Below, piece by piece: positions 1 to 9,396 of a stretch of 51,508 bases of DNA. Made by a program: the position numbers and the translations under genes. Positions within the stretch are counted from its first letter, which is position 1, and each line of letters begins with the position of its first letter. Below the pieces are notes generated by a model that was given only the letters and a program-made list of their open reading frames with translations, did not search any database and had not been told where the DNA came from. Source of the DNA: an uncultured Candidatus Saccharibacteria bacterium (lineage in GTDB: Bacteria; Patescibacteriota; Saccharimonadia; Saccharimonadales; EFPC-124); the NCBI GenBank assembly GCA_964586395.1, contig CAZPGP010000006.1, forward strand, positions 1 to 51,508, in the 5' to 3' direction.

Positions 1-2
1 GC

Positions 3-116
3 AAGCGCCTCGGTGCTGAAGTCAGCGTCAAGAACATGGCCAAGGGCGGCCGCCTGGTTATCCAGTTCAAGAACCAGGACGACTTCGACCGTATCACCGG
101 AATGCTGCTCAACTAG
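3..116 (+). CDS. 3' end of a CDS truncated by the window edge; tail resembles the ParB/Spo0J partition protein C-terminus
   Basis: Frame 3 reads KRLGAEVSVKNMAKGGRLVIQFKNQDDFDRITGMLLN and stops at TAG 114-116. The G-x-hydrophobic-I-x-F...(D/E)(D/E)(L/F)xRI ending is ParB-like. Only 37 codons are visible. Confidence 0.35.
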   Translation, partial: KRLGAEVSVKNMAKGGRLVIQFKNQDDFDRITGMLLN

Positions 117-128
117 CTTTTACGCGCT

Positions 129-227
129 AAGACCAGAACCGTTACGCTTAGAAAACTCTTCGCTCGCAAACAGCTCGCTCCGTTCGCCCGGGGAACGGGA
201 TGTTTCTAAGTGTAAGATTCTGGTCTT
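129..227. ncRNA. Candidate structured RNA / repeat element, copy 1 (core shared with 47201-47299)
   Basis: Outer stem AAGACCAGAA (129-138) pairs with TTCTGGTCTT (218-227). Second stem is CTTAGAAAAC/GTTTCTAAG. Unpaired core is CGCTCGCAAACAGCTCGCT (161-179). Inner hairpin is CCGTTC-GCCCGGG-GAACGG (180-198). Strand is undetermined. Confidence 0.3.
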
Positions 228-246
228 CCGCTGAGTGACTTTGCTG

Positions 247-846
247 CTAGAACGAACGAATGCCAGAGAGCGGCCAAAACCGCAATACAACCGTGCCTTG
301 AATCTCGCGGATTGGTACGGTGCTCATGCCGTTGCGAGAGTCTAATGAATTCTCTTCGAGCCGGTTGTCACCGGCCACAAATAGTTCGCCATCAGGTACG
401 ACACGGTCAACACTGCCAGATGTGGGGCTTTGAGGACCGTCAAAGTTATCATCAGGGTTGAAGCTGTCGGTCGAGTTTCCCGGGTAGACAGTGATGCGTC
501 CATCACGAACCGCTACACGGTCGCCAGGCAGGCCAATGACACGCTTTACGATGAACATATCGGGGTCTCCTTGGTCGTAGAAGGGATTCTTGAATACGAC
601 GAGTGCGCCACGACTTGGCACGTACTGCTGGCCGGTCAGTCGTGACCAGGAGATGGCGATTTTGTTAGTGAGTACGGTGTCGCCGCTCCGCAGTGTCGGC
701 TCCATGCTGATGCCATGCACGCTGTAGCTGCGCGCCACAAAGTTCACCATGAATACAGCCAGGACAACGGCCACAACTATCCATACGCCAAACGATAGCG
801 CGGTGCGAGCGCGAGGAGAGAGGCGGTTGGTGAATGTCTTGAGCAT
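247..846 (-). CDS. lepB: Signal peptidase I
   Basis: Carries the S26 boxes SMEPTLRSGD, KRVIGLPGD and GDNRLEENSLDSR, plus an N-terminal TM segment. Start is trimmed to ATG 846, one base after the stop of the upstream paralog; the longer ORF to 960 overlaps that gene. Confidence 0.8.
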   Translation of the reverse strand: MLKTFTNRLSPRARTALSFGVWIVVAVVLAVFMVNFVARSYSVHGISMEPTLRSGDTVLTNKIAISWSRLTGQQYVPSRGALVVFKNPFYDQGDPDMFIVKRVIGLPGDRVAVRDGRITVYPGNSTDSFNPDDNFDGPQSPTSGSVDRVVPDGELFVAGDNRLEENSLDSRNGMSTVPIREIQGTVVLRFWPLSGIRSF

Positions 847-847
847 G

Positions 848-1546
848 CTAGTAGAGCTTTGTCTTATCGAGCGGGAAGATACGGGCGAGTAGGCGACCTT
901 GGATTTTGTCGCTCTCGACTGGGCCAAAGGCACGTGAGTCGTATGATCCGCCCGGTGCACGGTTGTCGCCCATTACGAAGACCTGGTGGTCAGGTATCGT
1001 GAGGTTGATAGCGCTATCAACGTAAGCCGGCTCAAGGTTAGTTAGGCCGAGCGTCTGGTTGGGGTTGAACCCCTCGGGGTGTTCGCTGTTGCGGATGGTC
1101 ACGACGCCGTCGGTGTTAATGCTGATGTTCTCGCCGGGTAGGCCGATGACACGCTTGATAAGTTGCTCGTTGTGGCCAGACTGGTCTACGAGCGAGCTGT
1201 CGAGTACGACAATCTGCCCGCGCTGTGGAATGTAGTGTTTGCCGCCAGCGAGCGCGATGGTGCGCTCTACTTTGTCGATAACCAGCCGGTCATTGTTGTG
1301 AAGTGTCGGGACCATGCTGGTGCCATCGACATAATATGACTGGAAGACAAATTGATTGATAAGTGCGGCTGCGATAATAACGCCACCGATGAACGCCACG
1401 ACTGACAAGAATGCCTTCGCATTGCCGAGTCCAAAACGCTTTTTCTCGGGTTTAGGCGCTGGTGTGGCAGGCGGAGTGGGGGTGGTAGGGTGCTGCTCTG
1501 GTGGGGGAGTTGGCGCTGGCTGATGCTGGGTAGGTTCCATAGGCAC
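848..1546 (-). CDS. lepB: Signal peptidase I paralog with a Pro/Thr-rich N-terminal extension
   Basis: Carries SMVPTLHNND, KRVIGLPGE and GDNRAPGGSYDSR, plus a TM anchor. N-terminus is PAPTPPPEQHPTTPTPPATPAPKPEKK. Start is GTG 1546 or ATG 1540. Confidence 0.8.
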   Translation of the reverse strand: MPMEPTQHQPAPTPPPEQHPTTPTPPATPAPKPEKKRFGLGNAKAFLSVVAFIGGVIIAAALINQFVFQSYYVDGTSMVPTLHNNDRLVIDKVERTIALAGGKHYIPQRGQIVVLDSSLVDQSGHNEQLIKRVIGLPGENISINTDGVVTIRNSEHPEGFNPNQTLGLTNLEPAYVDSAINLTIPDHQVFVMGDNRAPGGSYDSRAFGPVESDKIQGRLLARIFPLDKTKLY

Positions 1547-1727
1547 TATAATACCACGCTGCGGAGGTGACTGGCTGAGAGTACAAAAGCTTATGTTTTC
1601 TCAGGATAATCTCAGACTTCGTCTTTACCATACTCCCGTTATGACAGAGATATCTATGATCCGTGGCGGGTGGCTCGCCGGGTTTACGCGTAAGCTTAAA
1701 CACGATATAGTGTGTAGCATTGCACTT

Positions 1728-3434
1728 ATGAGAAATTCATCCTCAAACAGGAATACTGATGGCATGTTTGTGCGGCGACGTAGTCCGCAGCAAACTCCCG
1801 GACGCCGCCCCAGCCTTGATGGCATGAGCGTGCCGTCTCGTTTTTTGAATGACACGGCCGCAGCTCACGGCAAGGACATGCCGCCAACACTCAAGACTCG
1901 TGTCGCCGGCGACAAAGCCGCCGAGCAGATTCAATTCAACAAAGCCACGTCCGACACGTCAGCCAAAGGCATCAAGCCAATCGACATCGACCTCACGCTT
2001 GACGATGAAAAGGTTGATGGTGGCGGCAAAAAAGGTAAGGGCGGCAAAAAGCGCGGCCCGTTCCGCTTCCGCAAGCCGAGCAAGAAGCAGGTTAAGTGGA
2101 TTATTATTGCACTTATCATTATCATCCTGGCCGTCGGCGGTTACTTTGCTTACCGCATTTTTGTTGCCTCGAGTCACGTCTTCAAGGGCAACGTCCTGAC
2201 TGCTGCGTTCAGTAGCGAGAAAGAGCTCAAGAAAGACCAGTACGGCCGCACAAACCTCTTGGTATTTGGTACGTCAGAGAGCGACCCGCAGCACCCAGCG
2301 GCGCTGCTGACCGACTCGATCATGATGATGAGTATTGACCAGAAGAACAAGACTGCATTCCTAGCTAGCGTACCGCGCGACTTGTGGGTTAAGTACGACG
2401 AGCCTTGTACTTTCGGTTACCAAGGCAAGATCAACACCGTCTACACCTGTGTGGCAGGTGATGGCGAGAAGGAAGACGCTGGCCAGAAGGCGCTGTCTAA
2501 GAAGGTTGGCGAAGTCTTCGGCGTCGACTTCCAGTACACCGTCCACCTGAACCTTGCTGTCGTGAAGGAGGCCGTAGACGCACTTGGCGGTATCGACATT
2601 AACATCGAGAGTACTGACCCTCGCGGTATTCTGGACCGCAACTTTGACTGGCGCTGTAACTACAAGTGTTACCTGGTTAAGTACCCAATTGGCCCAGCGC
2701 ACCTGGACGGCGAGCACGCAATGTGGCTTGCTCAGGCCCGCAACGACTCTGGTGGTTACGGTCTGCCGCGCAGTAACTTCGACCGCGAAGCGAACCAGCG
2801 CAAGATTATGATCGGCATGAAAGAGAAGGCGACTAGCGTCGGATTCTTAGCTAATCCAGTTTCTGTCACGAACTTTATGGAGTCGCTTGGCAATAACATT
2901 CACACGAGCATCGACGCTTCCGAGATCAAAACCTTCCTGAAGGTCGCCCAAGGCATCGACTCTAAGAACATTCAATCTATTAGTCTCATCGACCAACAGC
3001 CGTCTATCCTAACGACTGGCGCTGGCCCTGATGGCTCATCAGTCGTGAAGCCAACTGCTGGTTTGTACGAATATAGTGCGCTCCAGAACTTTATGAAGCT
3101 ACAGCTGTCTGGCCTCGGCGCTATCTCAACCGAAGCTGCCAAGGTGGATGTCTTGAACGGCAGCGGCGTATCTGGTGCTGCAACCGAACTCGCCAACAAG
3201 CTCGAAGACAACGCCATGACTGTCGGCAACATCGCCACTGCCCCTGAGATCACCGGTAAGTACCAATTGTACGACCTCAGCGGCGGCAAGAAGCCAGCTA
3301 CTCTCAAGAAGCTTCAGGAAGTCCTAGGCATGAAGGCTCCAACTGGCACAACACTGCCAGCGGGCGTCACTAGCGACGCAGCCTTCGTGGTTATCGTCGG
3401 TCCATCCGCAGCAAGCTCTAGCTCAAACCAGTAA
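1728..3434 (+). CDS. LytR-CpsA-Psr (LCP) family cell-envelope phosphotransferase with a LytR_C-type C-terminal domain
   Basis: Has a basic N-terminus and a TM segment (WIIIALIIIILAVGGYFAY). LCP core is NLLVFGTSE...LTDSIMMMSIDQ...ASVPRDLWV. C-terminal part reads VDVLNGSGVSGAATELANKLE. Start is uncertain; the ORF opens at 1593 and ATG 1728 was chosen. Confidence 0.75.
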   Translation: MRNSSSNRNTDGMFVRRRSPQQTPGRRPSLDGMSVPSRFLNDTAAAHGKDMPPTLKTRVAGDKAAEQIQFNKATSDTSAKGIKPIDIDLTLDDEKVDGGGKKGKGGKKRGPFRFRKPSKKQVKWIIIALIIIILAVGGYFAYRIFVASSHVFKGNVLTAAFSSEKELKKDQYGRTNLLVFGTSESDPQHPAALLTDSIMMMSIDQKNKTAFLASVPRDLWVKYDEPCTFGYQGKINTVYTCVAGDGEKEDAGQKALSKKVGEVFGVDFQYTVHLNLAVVKEAVDALGGIDINIESTDPRGILDRNFDWRCNYKCYLVKYPIGPAHLDGEHAMWLAQARNDSGGYGLPRSNFDREANQRKIMIGMKEKATSVGFLANPVSVTNFMESLGNNIHTSIDASEIKTFLKVAQGIDSKNIQSISLIDQQPSILTTGAGPDGSSVVKPTAGLYEYSALQNFMKLQLSGLGAISTEAAKVDVLNGSGVSGAATELANKLEDNAMTVGNIATAPEITGKYQLYDLSGGKKPATLKKLQEVLGMKAPTGTTLPAGVTSDAAFVVIVGPSAASSSSNQ

Positions 3435-3479
3435 TCGACTGGTGCGAGCGCGCGGCGACTCTGATATAATGAGTGCATC

Positions 3480-4250
3480 ATGGAGTTACTTAAGACAGGT
3501 ATTCGTCGTACCAAAGTAGGCGAGCTAGCCTATATTGGCATCAACGCTGCATTGCCCCTAGTGTTGCTGCTGTTGGTCCTCGACTTCGGCTCGGCTTGGC
3601 CGGCACTGACATTAGTTATGCTTAGCAAGTGGCGCGTCTTTGCGCTACGTCCTCGATTTTGGTGGGTTAACATCAAAGCGAATTTCGTAGACTTCTTGGT
3701 TGGCGTGAGCTACGTTGGCCTGTTGTACTTCAGTACCGGCAATCTACCTATCATGCTCCTTCTGGCTATCGGTTACGGCATCTGGCTTCTGTATGTGAAA
3801 CCTCGGTCCGACCACGGTTCGGTCATGTTGCAAGCTGGCATCGCGCAGTTCTTGGCGCTTACCGTACTCTTTAACCTGTCGACTGCTCCAGGGGTTAACG
3901 AATTCTTCATTATCCTTGGCTGTTTCATCATTGGCTACATTGTTGCGCGCCACGTGGTAGCTAACTACGAAGAAGATCGTGCAGAATTTATCGCCTATGG
4001 TTGGGGCTTGGTTGTTTCTCAGCTTGGTTGGTTACTATATCGCTGGACTAACGTGTACGATGTAAGCCTGCCGTTCAAGATTCCACAGATCGCATTGCTC
4101 ACACTGGTGATATCTATGGCCGCAGCCAAGCTATACGCTGCCGCCAAAGCGCATCGCCTCAATATGAGCCTCGTGCGCTCTACGGCTATCTTCAGCGCTG
4201 TGCTCATCGCGTTTATCCTCATTTTTGCCCGCTGGGACATTACGATTTAA
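3480..4250 (+). CDS. Polytopic membrane protein of unknown function
   Basis: 256-aa ORF with about 7 hydrophobic segments and backbone-like composition. No recognisable motif. Confidence 0.5.
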   Translation: MELLKTGIRRTKVGELAYIGINAALPLVLLLLVLDFGSAWPALTLVMLSKWRVFALRPRFWWVNIKANFVDFLVGVSYVGLLYFSTGNLPIMLLLAIGYGIWLLYVKPRSDHGSVMLQAGIAQFLALTVLFNLSTAPGVNEFFIILGCFIIGYIVARHVVANYEEDRAEFIAYGWGLVVSQLGWLLYRWTNVYDVSLPFKIPQIALLTLVISMAAAKLYAAAKAHRLNMSLVRSTAIFSAVLIAFILIFARWDITI

Positions 4251-4276
4251 CCAAGTTATTTAGGTAAGAGGGGAAT

Positions 4277-5449
4277 ATGGAAGAGGAGAAAAAGCCAGAA
4301 ATTCAGGCCGCCTCGCGTAAATTGCGCTTTGGCATGCCTGCAAAACTTGTGGGTATCGTGGCGCTTTGTGTGGCCAGTAGTGCGTTAACTGCTTGGTTGC
4401 TTTTGGCTACCGGTGTTATCAAGCCTGATGCGTCGCAGACTATCGATGCCAATCGCGAAAAGATCGTCCTCCAACAGGGAGAGATCGTGGCGGATGTATT
4501 TAAGAAAGTAAGCCCCAGTACCGTTTCTATCACCACTGAATCTGTCTCTGATGTTCGCCGATACTTCGGCGCAAACTCCGTCGAGCAGGGCGCTGGGAGT
4601 GGCATTATTATTTCGCCTGACGGTTACGTGATGACCAACAAGCACGTCGTGCCGGCCGGCGCGTCCAAGCTCACTGTCGTCTTGGCCGACGGAACAACGT
4701 ACGACGACGTAACGGTTGTCGGTCGTGACCCGCTGAATGACATCGCATTCTTGAAGATTAACGGCGCAAAGAACCTACCAGCTGTACAGCTGGGTGATTC
4801 CGATGCCGTACAGCCGGGTCAGCAGGTTGTCGCTATCGGCAATGCGCTCGGAGAGTTCCGTAATAGCGTGACTTCAGGGATTATCTCTGGTAAGGGTCGA
4901 CCAATCCAGGCCGGTGACGGCAGCGGCGCGAGCGAGCAGCTCGAGAATCTTCTCCAGACCGACGCTGCGATCAACCCCGGCAACTCTGGCGGTCCGCTTG
5001 TAACGCTCGACGGCAAAGTTGTCGGTATCAATACGGCAATCTCCGAAGAGGGTCAGGCCGTTGGCTTCGCTATTCCTATCAACGACGCAAAAGGCCTTAT
5101 AAACACTATTCTGAAGCAAGGCAAAATTGTCCGCCCATACCTCGGCGTCCGCTACGTGGGCCTTGATAAGGCAACCGCAGAACAGCTCAAGCTCAGCGTT
5201 AACCAAGGATCCTACGTGACTGGCGATGCGAATAGCCCGGCGGTTGTGCCCGGAAGCCCGGCCGATAAGGCTGGCCTGAAGTCCGCTGACGTCATCACGA
5301 AAGTGAATGACGCACAGATCACCGATGAGCATTCCTTGGCTAGCTTGCTGGCGCAGTACGGCCCTGGAGATAAGATTACTCTGACAATTATTCGCGATGG
5401 CAAGTCGCAAACTGTTACCGCAACGCTCGATCCGTACCCCGGCAGCTAG
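4277..5449 (+). CDS. htrA: HtrA/DegP-family serine protease with a PDZ domain
   Basis: Has a TM anchor, then a trypsin-like triad context (TNKHVV, NDIAFLK, GNSGGPL), then a C-terminal PDZ-like region (GSPADKAGLKSADVITKVND). Confidence 0.85.
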   Translation: MEEEKKPEIQAASRKLRFGMPAKLVGIVALCVASSALTAWLLLATGVIKPDASQTIDANREKIVLQQGEIVADVFKKVSPSTVSITTESVSDVRRYFGANSVEQGAGSGIIISPDGYVMTNKHVVPAGASKLTVVLADGTTYDDVTVVGRDPLNDIAFLKINGAKNLPAVQLGDSDAVQPGQQVVAIGNALGEFRNSVTSGIISGKGRPIQAGDGSGASEQLENLLQTDAAINPGNSGGPLVTLDGKVVGINTAISEEGQAVGFAIPINDAKGLINTILKQGKIVRPYLGVRYVGLDKATAEQLKLSVNQGSYVTGDANSPAVVPGSPADKAGLKSADVITKVNDAQITDEHSLASLLAQYGPGDKITLTIIRDGKSQTVTATLDPYPGS

Positions 5450-6252
5450 CGGGTTAACACGATAATGTAACCGGAAGTCGCGACGTGCTGAAGACTCTTG
5501 GCGCGGGCGTAGCTAATGATGGCGTCGTGCTGTTCGGGGTCAGCCTCGAGGAGAACGTAGCCGTTGTCAGTGAGAACGCCTGGGACTTGGTCGAGTAGAT
5601 CGTAGATTAGTTGCAGACCGTTATTATCGGCAAAGAGCGCCAAGGCTGGCTCGTAGTTGGTCTCGGGCGATGATCGTTCCCAAGCTTGGTCGACGTAGGG
5701 GAGATTGGCGGCAATGACATCAACTGGCTCGGTCAAAGGCTCCAACAGAGCGCCGCGTCGCAGTGAGATGTCGGCGTCCAAGTTTGCGGCGTTAGTTTTT
5801 GCAACCGCCAGCGCCTCTGTGCTCACGTCGGTAGCGACAACGTGCCAAGTAGGATGTTCGAGTTTGGCGGTGATGGCGATCGCGCCCGACCCAGTCCCAA
5901 TGTCGACAAGCGTTGAAAGCGCTTCGACATCGAGCGTTTCAAGAAGTTCAATAAGCGCTTCCGTCTCAGGTCGCGGAATCAAGACATCGGGCGTGACAGC
6001 GAACTCGCGGCCGTAGAATTCCTGGTGTCCGCGAATGTAGGCCATTGGCTCGCGGGCCGTCCGGCGCTGTAATTTCATTTCTAGATTGTCGAATTGCTCT
6101 TGGCTGAGCAGCTCGTCGTCGTGGGCGAGTATCTGCGCCTTGGTTTGACCTAGCTCGTCACTTAGCAGGATAAGCGCATCCAGCCTGGCCGAAGGTATAC
6201 CAGCCTCAACGAGGGTACCTGTGGCATCAATAAGCCACCGTTGGATCGTCAT
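5446..6252 (-). CDS. prmC: Release-factor glutamine N5-methyltransferase
   Basis: SAM motif DIGTGSGAIAI and catalytic tetrapeptide NLPY (NPPY type). Lies immediately downstream of prfA. Confidence 0.8.
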   Translation of the reverse strand: MTIQRWLIDATGTLVEAGIPSARLDALILLSDELGQTKAQILAHDDELLSQEQFDNLEMKLQRRTAREPMAYIRGHQEFYGREFAVTPDVLIPRPETEALIELLETLDVEALSTLVDIGTGSGAIAITAKLEHPTWHVVATDVSTEALAVAKTNAANLDADISLRRGALLEPLTEPVDVIAANLPYVDQAWERSSPETNYEPALALFADNNGLQLIYDLLDQVPGVLTDNGYVLLEADPEQHDAIISYARAKSLQHVATSGYIIVLTR

Positions 6253-6253
6253 A

Positions 6254-7330
6254 TTATTGCTTTTCTGCGCCAGCTGCCAGGAGTTCGCGTTCGTATGATT
6301 GGAGTTTTTCGACCAGGTCGTCGATCTCGCCGTTCAATGCGCCGGGGATGTTGCTGCGTGAATAGCCGATGCGGTGGTCGGTGATGCGGTCCTGTGGGAA
6401 GTTATAGGTACGGATTTTTTCAGAGCGGTCACCTGAACCGATAAGGCTTTGGCGCTGCGCGCTGAGCTTGGCTTGTTCGGCTTCGATCTTGATAGCGAGC
6501 AGGCGGGAGCGCAGTACGTTCATAGCCTTTTCTTTGTTTTTGATCTGGGACTTTTCGTCCTGACAGGTCACGACGAGTCCGGTTGGCAGGTGAGTGATGC
6601 GTACTGCGGAGTCGGTGGTGTTGACCGACTGACCACCGTGACCGCTACTGCGGTAAACGTCAACGCGCAGGTCGTTCTGGTTGATTTGGACGTCTGCTTC
6701 CTCGGCCTCGGGCATGATTGCGACGGTCACGGTCGATGTGTGAATACGGCCGGAACTTTCAGTTGCAGGCACACGCTGAACACGATGGACGCCGGATTCG
6801 AACTTGAATGTTCGATAGGTGTCGACGCCTTTAACGCCAAAGATAATTTCTTTGAAGCCGCCGACGTCGCTCGGGCTATCGCTGATGTGCTCGACGCGGA
6901 AATCGTGTGTTTCGGCATAGCGGACGTACATACGGTAAAGTTCAGCCGCGAAGAGTGATGCCTCGTCGCCGCCAGCGCCGGCGCGGATTTCAATCACGAC
7001 GTCTTTTTCGTCGTTGGGGTCCTTTGGCGTGAGGAGAATGAAGAGCTCTTCGTCGATGCGCGTGAGTTCGTCCTCAAGCTCTGGGATTTCTAGCTTGGCG
7101 AGGTCGGCGAGCTCGCCATCATCGGAGCCTACGAGTTCGTGGGCTTCATTGAGCTGCTTCTTGAGCTCGTCCTTGCGGGCGGCAATGCTGATAATTTTGT
7201 CCAGCTCGGTGAGCCGGCGAGTCTTCTTGGCATAGTCGGGGTCAGAGAAGGCGTTCGGAGTGCTCAAAAAAGCCTCGAGACTAACTTTCTCGGTTTGAAG
7301 CCCCTCTAGGTTGAGGTTGATAGTTGCCAT
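6254..7330 (-). CDS. prfA: Peptide chain release factor 1
   Basis: GGQ loop ([19 protein letters not shown]) and the RF1-specific P-A-T tripeptide (RVPATES). Confidence 0.95.
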   Translation of the reverse strand: MATINLNLEGLQTEKVSLEAFLSTPNAFSDPDYAKKTRRLTELDKIISIAARKDELKKQLNEAHELVGSDDGELADLAKLEIPELEDELTRIDEELFILLTPKDPNDEKDVVIEIRAGAGGDEASLFAAELYRMYVRYAETHDFRVEHISDSPSDVGGFKEIIFGVKGVDTYRTFKFESGVHRVQRVPATESSGRIHTSTVTVAIMPEAEEADVQINQNDLRVDVYRSSGHGGQSVNTTDSAVRITHLPTGLVVTCQDEKSQIKNKEKAMNVLRSRLLAIKIEAEQAKLSAQRQSLIGSGDRSEKIRTYNFPQDRITDHRIGYSRSNIPGALNGEIDDLVEKLQSYERELLAAGAEKQ

Positions 7331-7366
7331 TTACCGTATGCCCCCGGACTCGGCTTCCGCCTGAAG

Positions 7367-7696
7367 TTATTCTTCGCTGGTGTCAGCTTTTTTGGCGACC
7401 TTAGCGGCGGCCTTCTTAGCCTTGCTGGCCAGAGCGGACTTGCGGGCCTCGGCAGCTTCGGCGCGAGCCTTGAAGCGGTCAACGCGACCTTCGGTGTCGA
7501 GAAGCTTTTCCTTACCAGTGTAGAACGGGTGAGAAGCGCTACTAATGTGCACCTGAACGAGTGGGTATTCGTTGCCATCTTCCCACTTGATAGTTTGGTC
7601 TGCTTTAGCAGTTGAGCTGGTCAAAAAGGCAAAACCAGCAGCAGCGTCCTGGAAGACGACTGGGCGATAATCGGTTGGATGTAGATCTTTTTTCAT
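7367..7696 (-). CDS. rpmE: 50S ribosomal protein L31 (type B, no CxxC) with a Lys/Ala-rich C-terminal tail
   Basis: Has [17 protein letters not shown] and [11 protein letters not shown]. Carries an extra ~35-aa tail, [36 protein letters not shown]. Confidence 0.8.
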   Translation of the reverse strand: MKKDLHPTDYRPVVFQDAAAGFAFLTSSTAKADQTIKWEDGNEYPLVQVHISSASHPFYTGKEKLLDTEGRVDRFKARAEAAEARKSALASKAKKAAAKVAKKADTSEE

Positions 7697-7915
7697 AACT
7701 TGATGACAATTGTATCTGTTTTAGGAGGAAATGTAAAGGGTATGGGCAGGGAGCAAACAGAGGAGACGCTTGGCTGGAATTGGTGTGAGGCTCTAAGAGT
7801 TGGCAATCCAGGGGTAAATGTGGTAAAGTACTGAGGTAATAAGTTTTAACGAATCACCCTGACGCGCGTTCAAATCCTCCCATTCGGGAAAGCGCAGGGG
7901 AAGGAGAAGGATTTT

Positions 7916-8644
7916 ATGGCAGTAGCTGTAGATATCAAGGCTTTGCTGGCCAGCGGTGCTCACTTTGGGCACAAGACCAGCCGATGGCACCCTAAGATGG
8001 CACCTTACATTCACAGTAAGCGTGCTGGAACTCACATTATTGACCTGACCAAGACCGTTGAAGGTCTGGAAAAGTCACTTGCCTTCATTGAGAAGGAAGT
8101 TGCTTCTGGCAAGCAAGTTCTCTTTGTTGGTACAAAGCGACAGGCTAAGGACATCTTGAAGGCAGCAGCCGAGGACGTCAAGATGCCTTTCGTTACCGAG
8201 CGCTGGATGGGCGGTATGCTCACCAACGTTAAGACAATCAGCGAGCGTGTTAAGCGCCTCAAGAACCTCGAAACTCGCATGGCAAGTGGCGAACTTGCTG
8301 CACGATACAACAAGCTCGAGGTACAGCGCTTCCAAGAAGAGATCGACGACTTGAACTTCAAGTACGGCGGCATCAAGGACATGAACGGCCAGCCTGGCGC
8401 TATGTTTGTTGTAGACGTTGTTGCTGAAGAAAACGCTGTTAAGGAAGCTCGCCGCTTGGGTATCCCAGTGGTAGCTATCGTTGACACCAACGCAAACCCA
8501 GATGTAGCCGACTACATCATTCCTGCAAACGACGACGCCATCAAGGCTGTCCAGTTGCTCACTGATTACGTTAAGCAAGCAGTTACTGAAGGCGTTGCGG
8601 CTCGAAAGGCTGCCGCTCCTGCAGCTGCCAAAGAGGAGAAGTAG
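7916..8644 (+). CDS. rpsB: 30S ribosomal protein S2
   Basis: Canonical N-terminus LLASGAHFGHKTSRWHPKM, plus RWMGGMLTN and VVAIVDTNANPD. Confidence 0.95.
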   Translation: MAVAVDIKALLASGAHFGHKTSRWHPKMAPYIHSKRAGTHIIDLTKTVEGLEKSLAFIEKEVASGKQVLFVGTKRQAKDILKAAAEDVKMPFVTERWMGGMLTNVKTISERVKRLKNLETRMASGELAARYNKLEVQRFQEEIDDLNFKYGGIKDMNGQPGAMFVVDVVAEENAVKEARRLGIPVVAIVDTNANPDVADYIIPANDDAIKAVQLLTDYVKQAVTEGVAARKAAAPAAAKEEK

Positions 8645-8647
8645 TAG

Positions 8648-9247
8648 ATGGGTGCAATTTCACTCGACGAAGTAAAGCGACTTAAAGAGTTGACTGGTGT
8701 TGGTCTGACCGACGCTAAGGTTGCTCTGACCGAAGCTGAAGGCGACTTTGACAAGGCGCTCGAAGCTATGCGCAAGAAGGGCATGACCCGCGCCGAAAAG
8801 AAGGGCGAGCGTGAAGCTCGCGAGGGTCTCGTGGACAGCTACGTTCACGGCGGCCGTATCGGTGTTATCCTCGAAGTTAACTGTGAGACCGACTTTGTCG
8901 CTCGCACCGACGACTTCAAGAACCTGGTACACGACGTTGCTATGCACATCGCTGCAAGTGCGCCTGAATTTGCAAGCGTCGAGGAAATTCCTGCTGACGT
9001 TCGCGAAGCTAAGAAGGCAGAGTTTGTAGAGAAGGCAAAGAACGACGGCAAGCCAGACACCATGCTCGAGCAAATCGCAGACGGCATGCTGAAGAAGTAC
9101 CTTGCCGAGAAGACTCTGACCGAGCAGCCATACATCAAGAATCCTGACCAGACTGTTGGCGACTACGTCAAAGAGCACATTGCTCGTCTGGGCGAGAACA
9201 TTGTTGTTCGCCAGTTCAAGCGCATCGAGCTTGGCGTTAGCGAATAA
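8648..9247 (+). CDS. tsf: Elongation factor Ts (short form)
   Basis: UBA-like N-terminus VKRLKELTGVGLTDAKVALTEAEGDFDKALEAMRKKG and the motif NCETDFVAR. Follows rpsB. Confidence 0.9.
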   Translation: MGAISLDEVKRLKELTGVGLTDAKVALTEAEGDFDKALEAMRKKGMTRAEKKGEREAREGLVDSYVHGGRIGVILEVNCETDFVARTDDFKNLVHDVAMHIAASAPEFASVEEIPADVREAKKAEFVEKAKNDGKPDTMLEQIADGMLKKYLAEKTLTEQPYIKNPDQTVGDYVKEHIARLGENIVVRQFKRIELGVSE

Positions 9248-9265
9248 TATATTTGCTCAAAATAC

Positions 9266-9304
9266 AAAAAGAAGTCGCGAGTGATCGCGGCTTCTTTGTT
9301 TTTG
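9266..9304 (+). terminator. Intrinsic terminator of rpsB-tsf
   Basis: Stem GAAGTCGCGA-gtga-TCGCGGCTTC, flanked by an A-run upstream and TTTGTTTTT downstream. Confidence 0.6.
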
Positions 9305-9315
9305 TGTTCAAGTAG
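9303..9315 (+). repeat. Degenerate copy of the cassette junction motif (TGTGTTCAAGTAG)
   Basis: Shares GTTCAAGT with the junction at 27434-27441 and holds the same position, between a native terminator and the cassette hairpin. Weak match. Confidence 0.25.
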
Positions 9316-9330
9316 TGTGGAGCTTGCCCG

Positions 9331-9372
9331 CCGGACGCCACTACCCATGCAGTCGCAGAGTAGGGCGCCCGG
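9331..9372 (-). terminator. GC-rich hairpin downstream of cassette gene A1
   Basis: CCGGACGCC..CTAC pairs with GTAG..GGCGCCCGG (one mismatch). Lies 25 nt past the stop at 9397. No U-tract. Confidence 0.4.
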
Positions 9373-9396
9373 CCGAGCAGTTCTCGTTGGAGTTGC

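Noticed and set aside
7868-7877. GTTCAAATCC, a T-loop-like sequence in the rpmE-rpsB spacer, suggesting a tRNA
   Set aside because: The flanking bases cannot form a T-stem (GCGCG versus CCTCC). No acceptor, D or anticodon arms can be drawn.
7793-8035. 80-aa - strand ORF spanning the rpsB start region
   Set aside because: It overlaps the rpsB start and promoter region and has no SD sequence. Its composition and product look non-coding.
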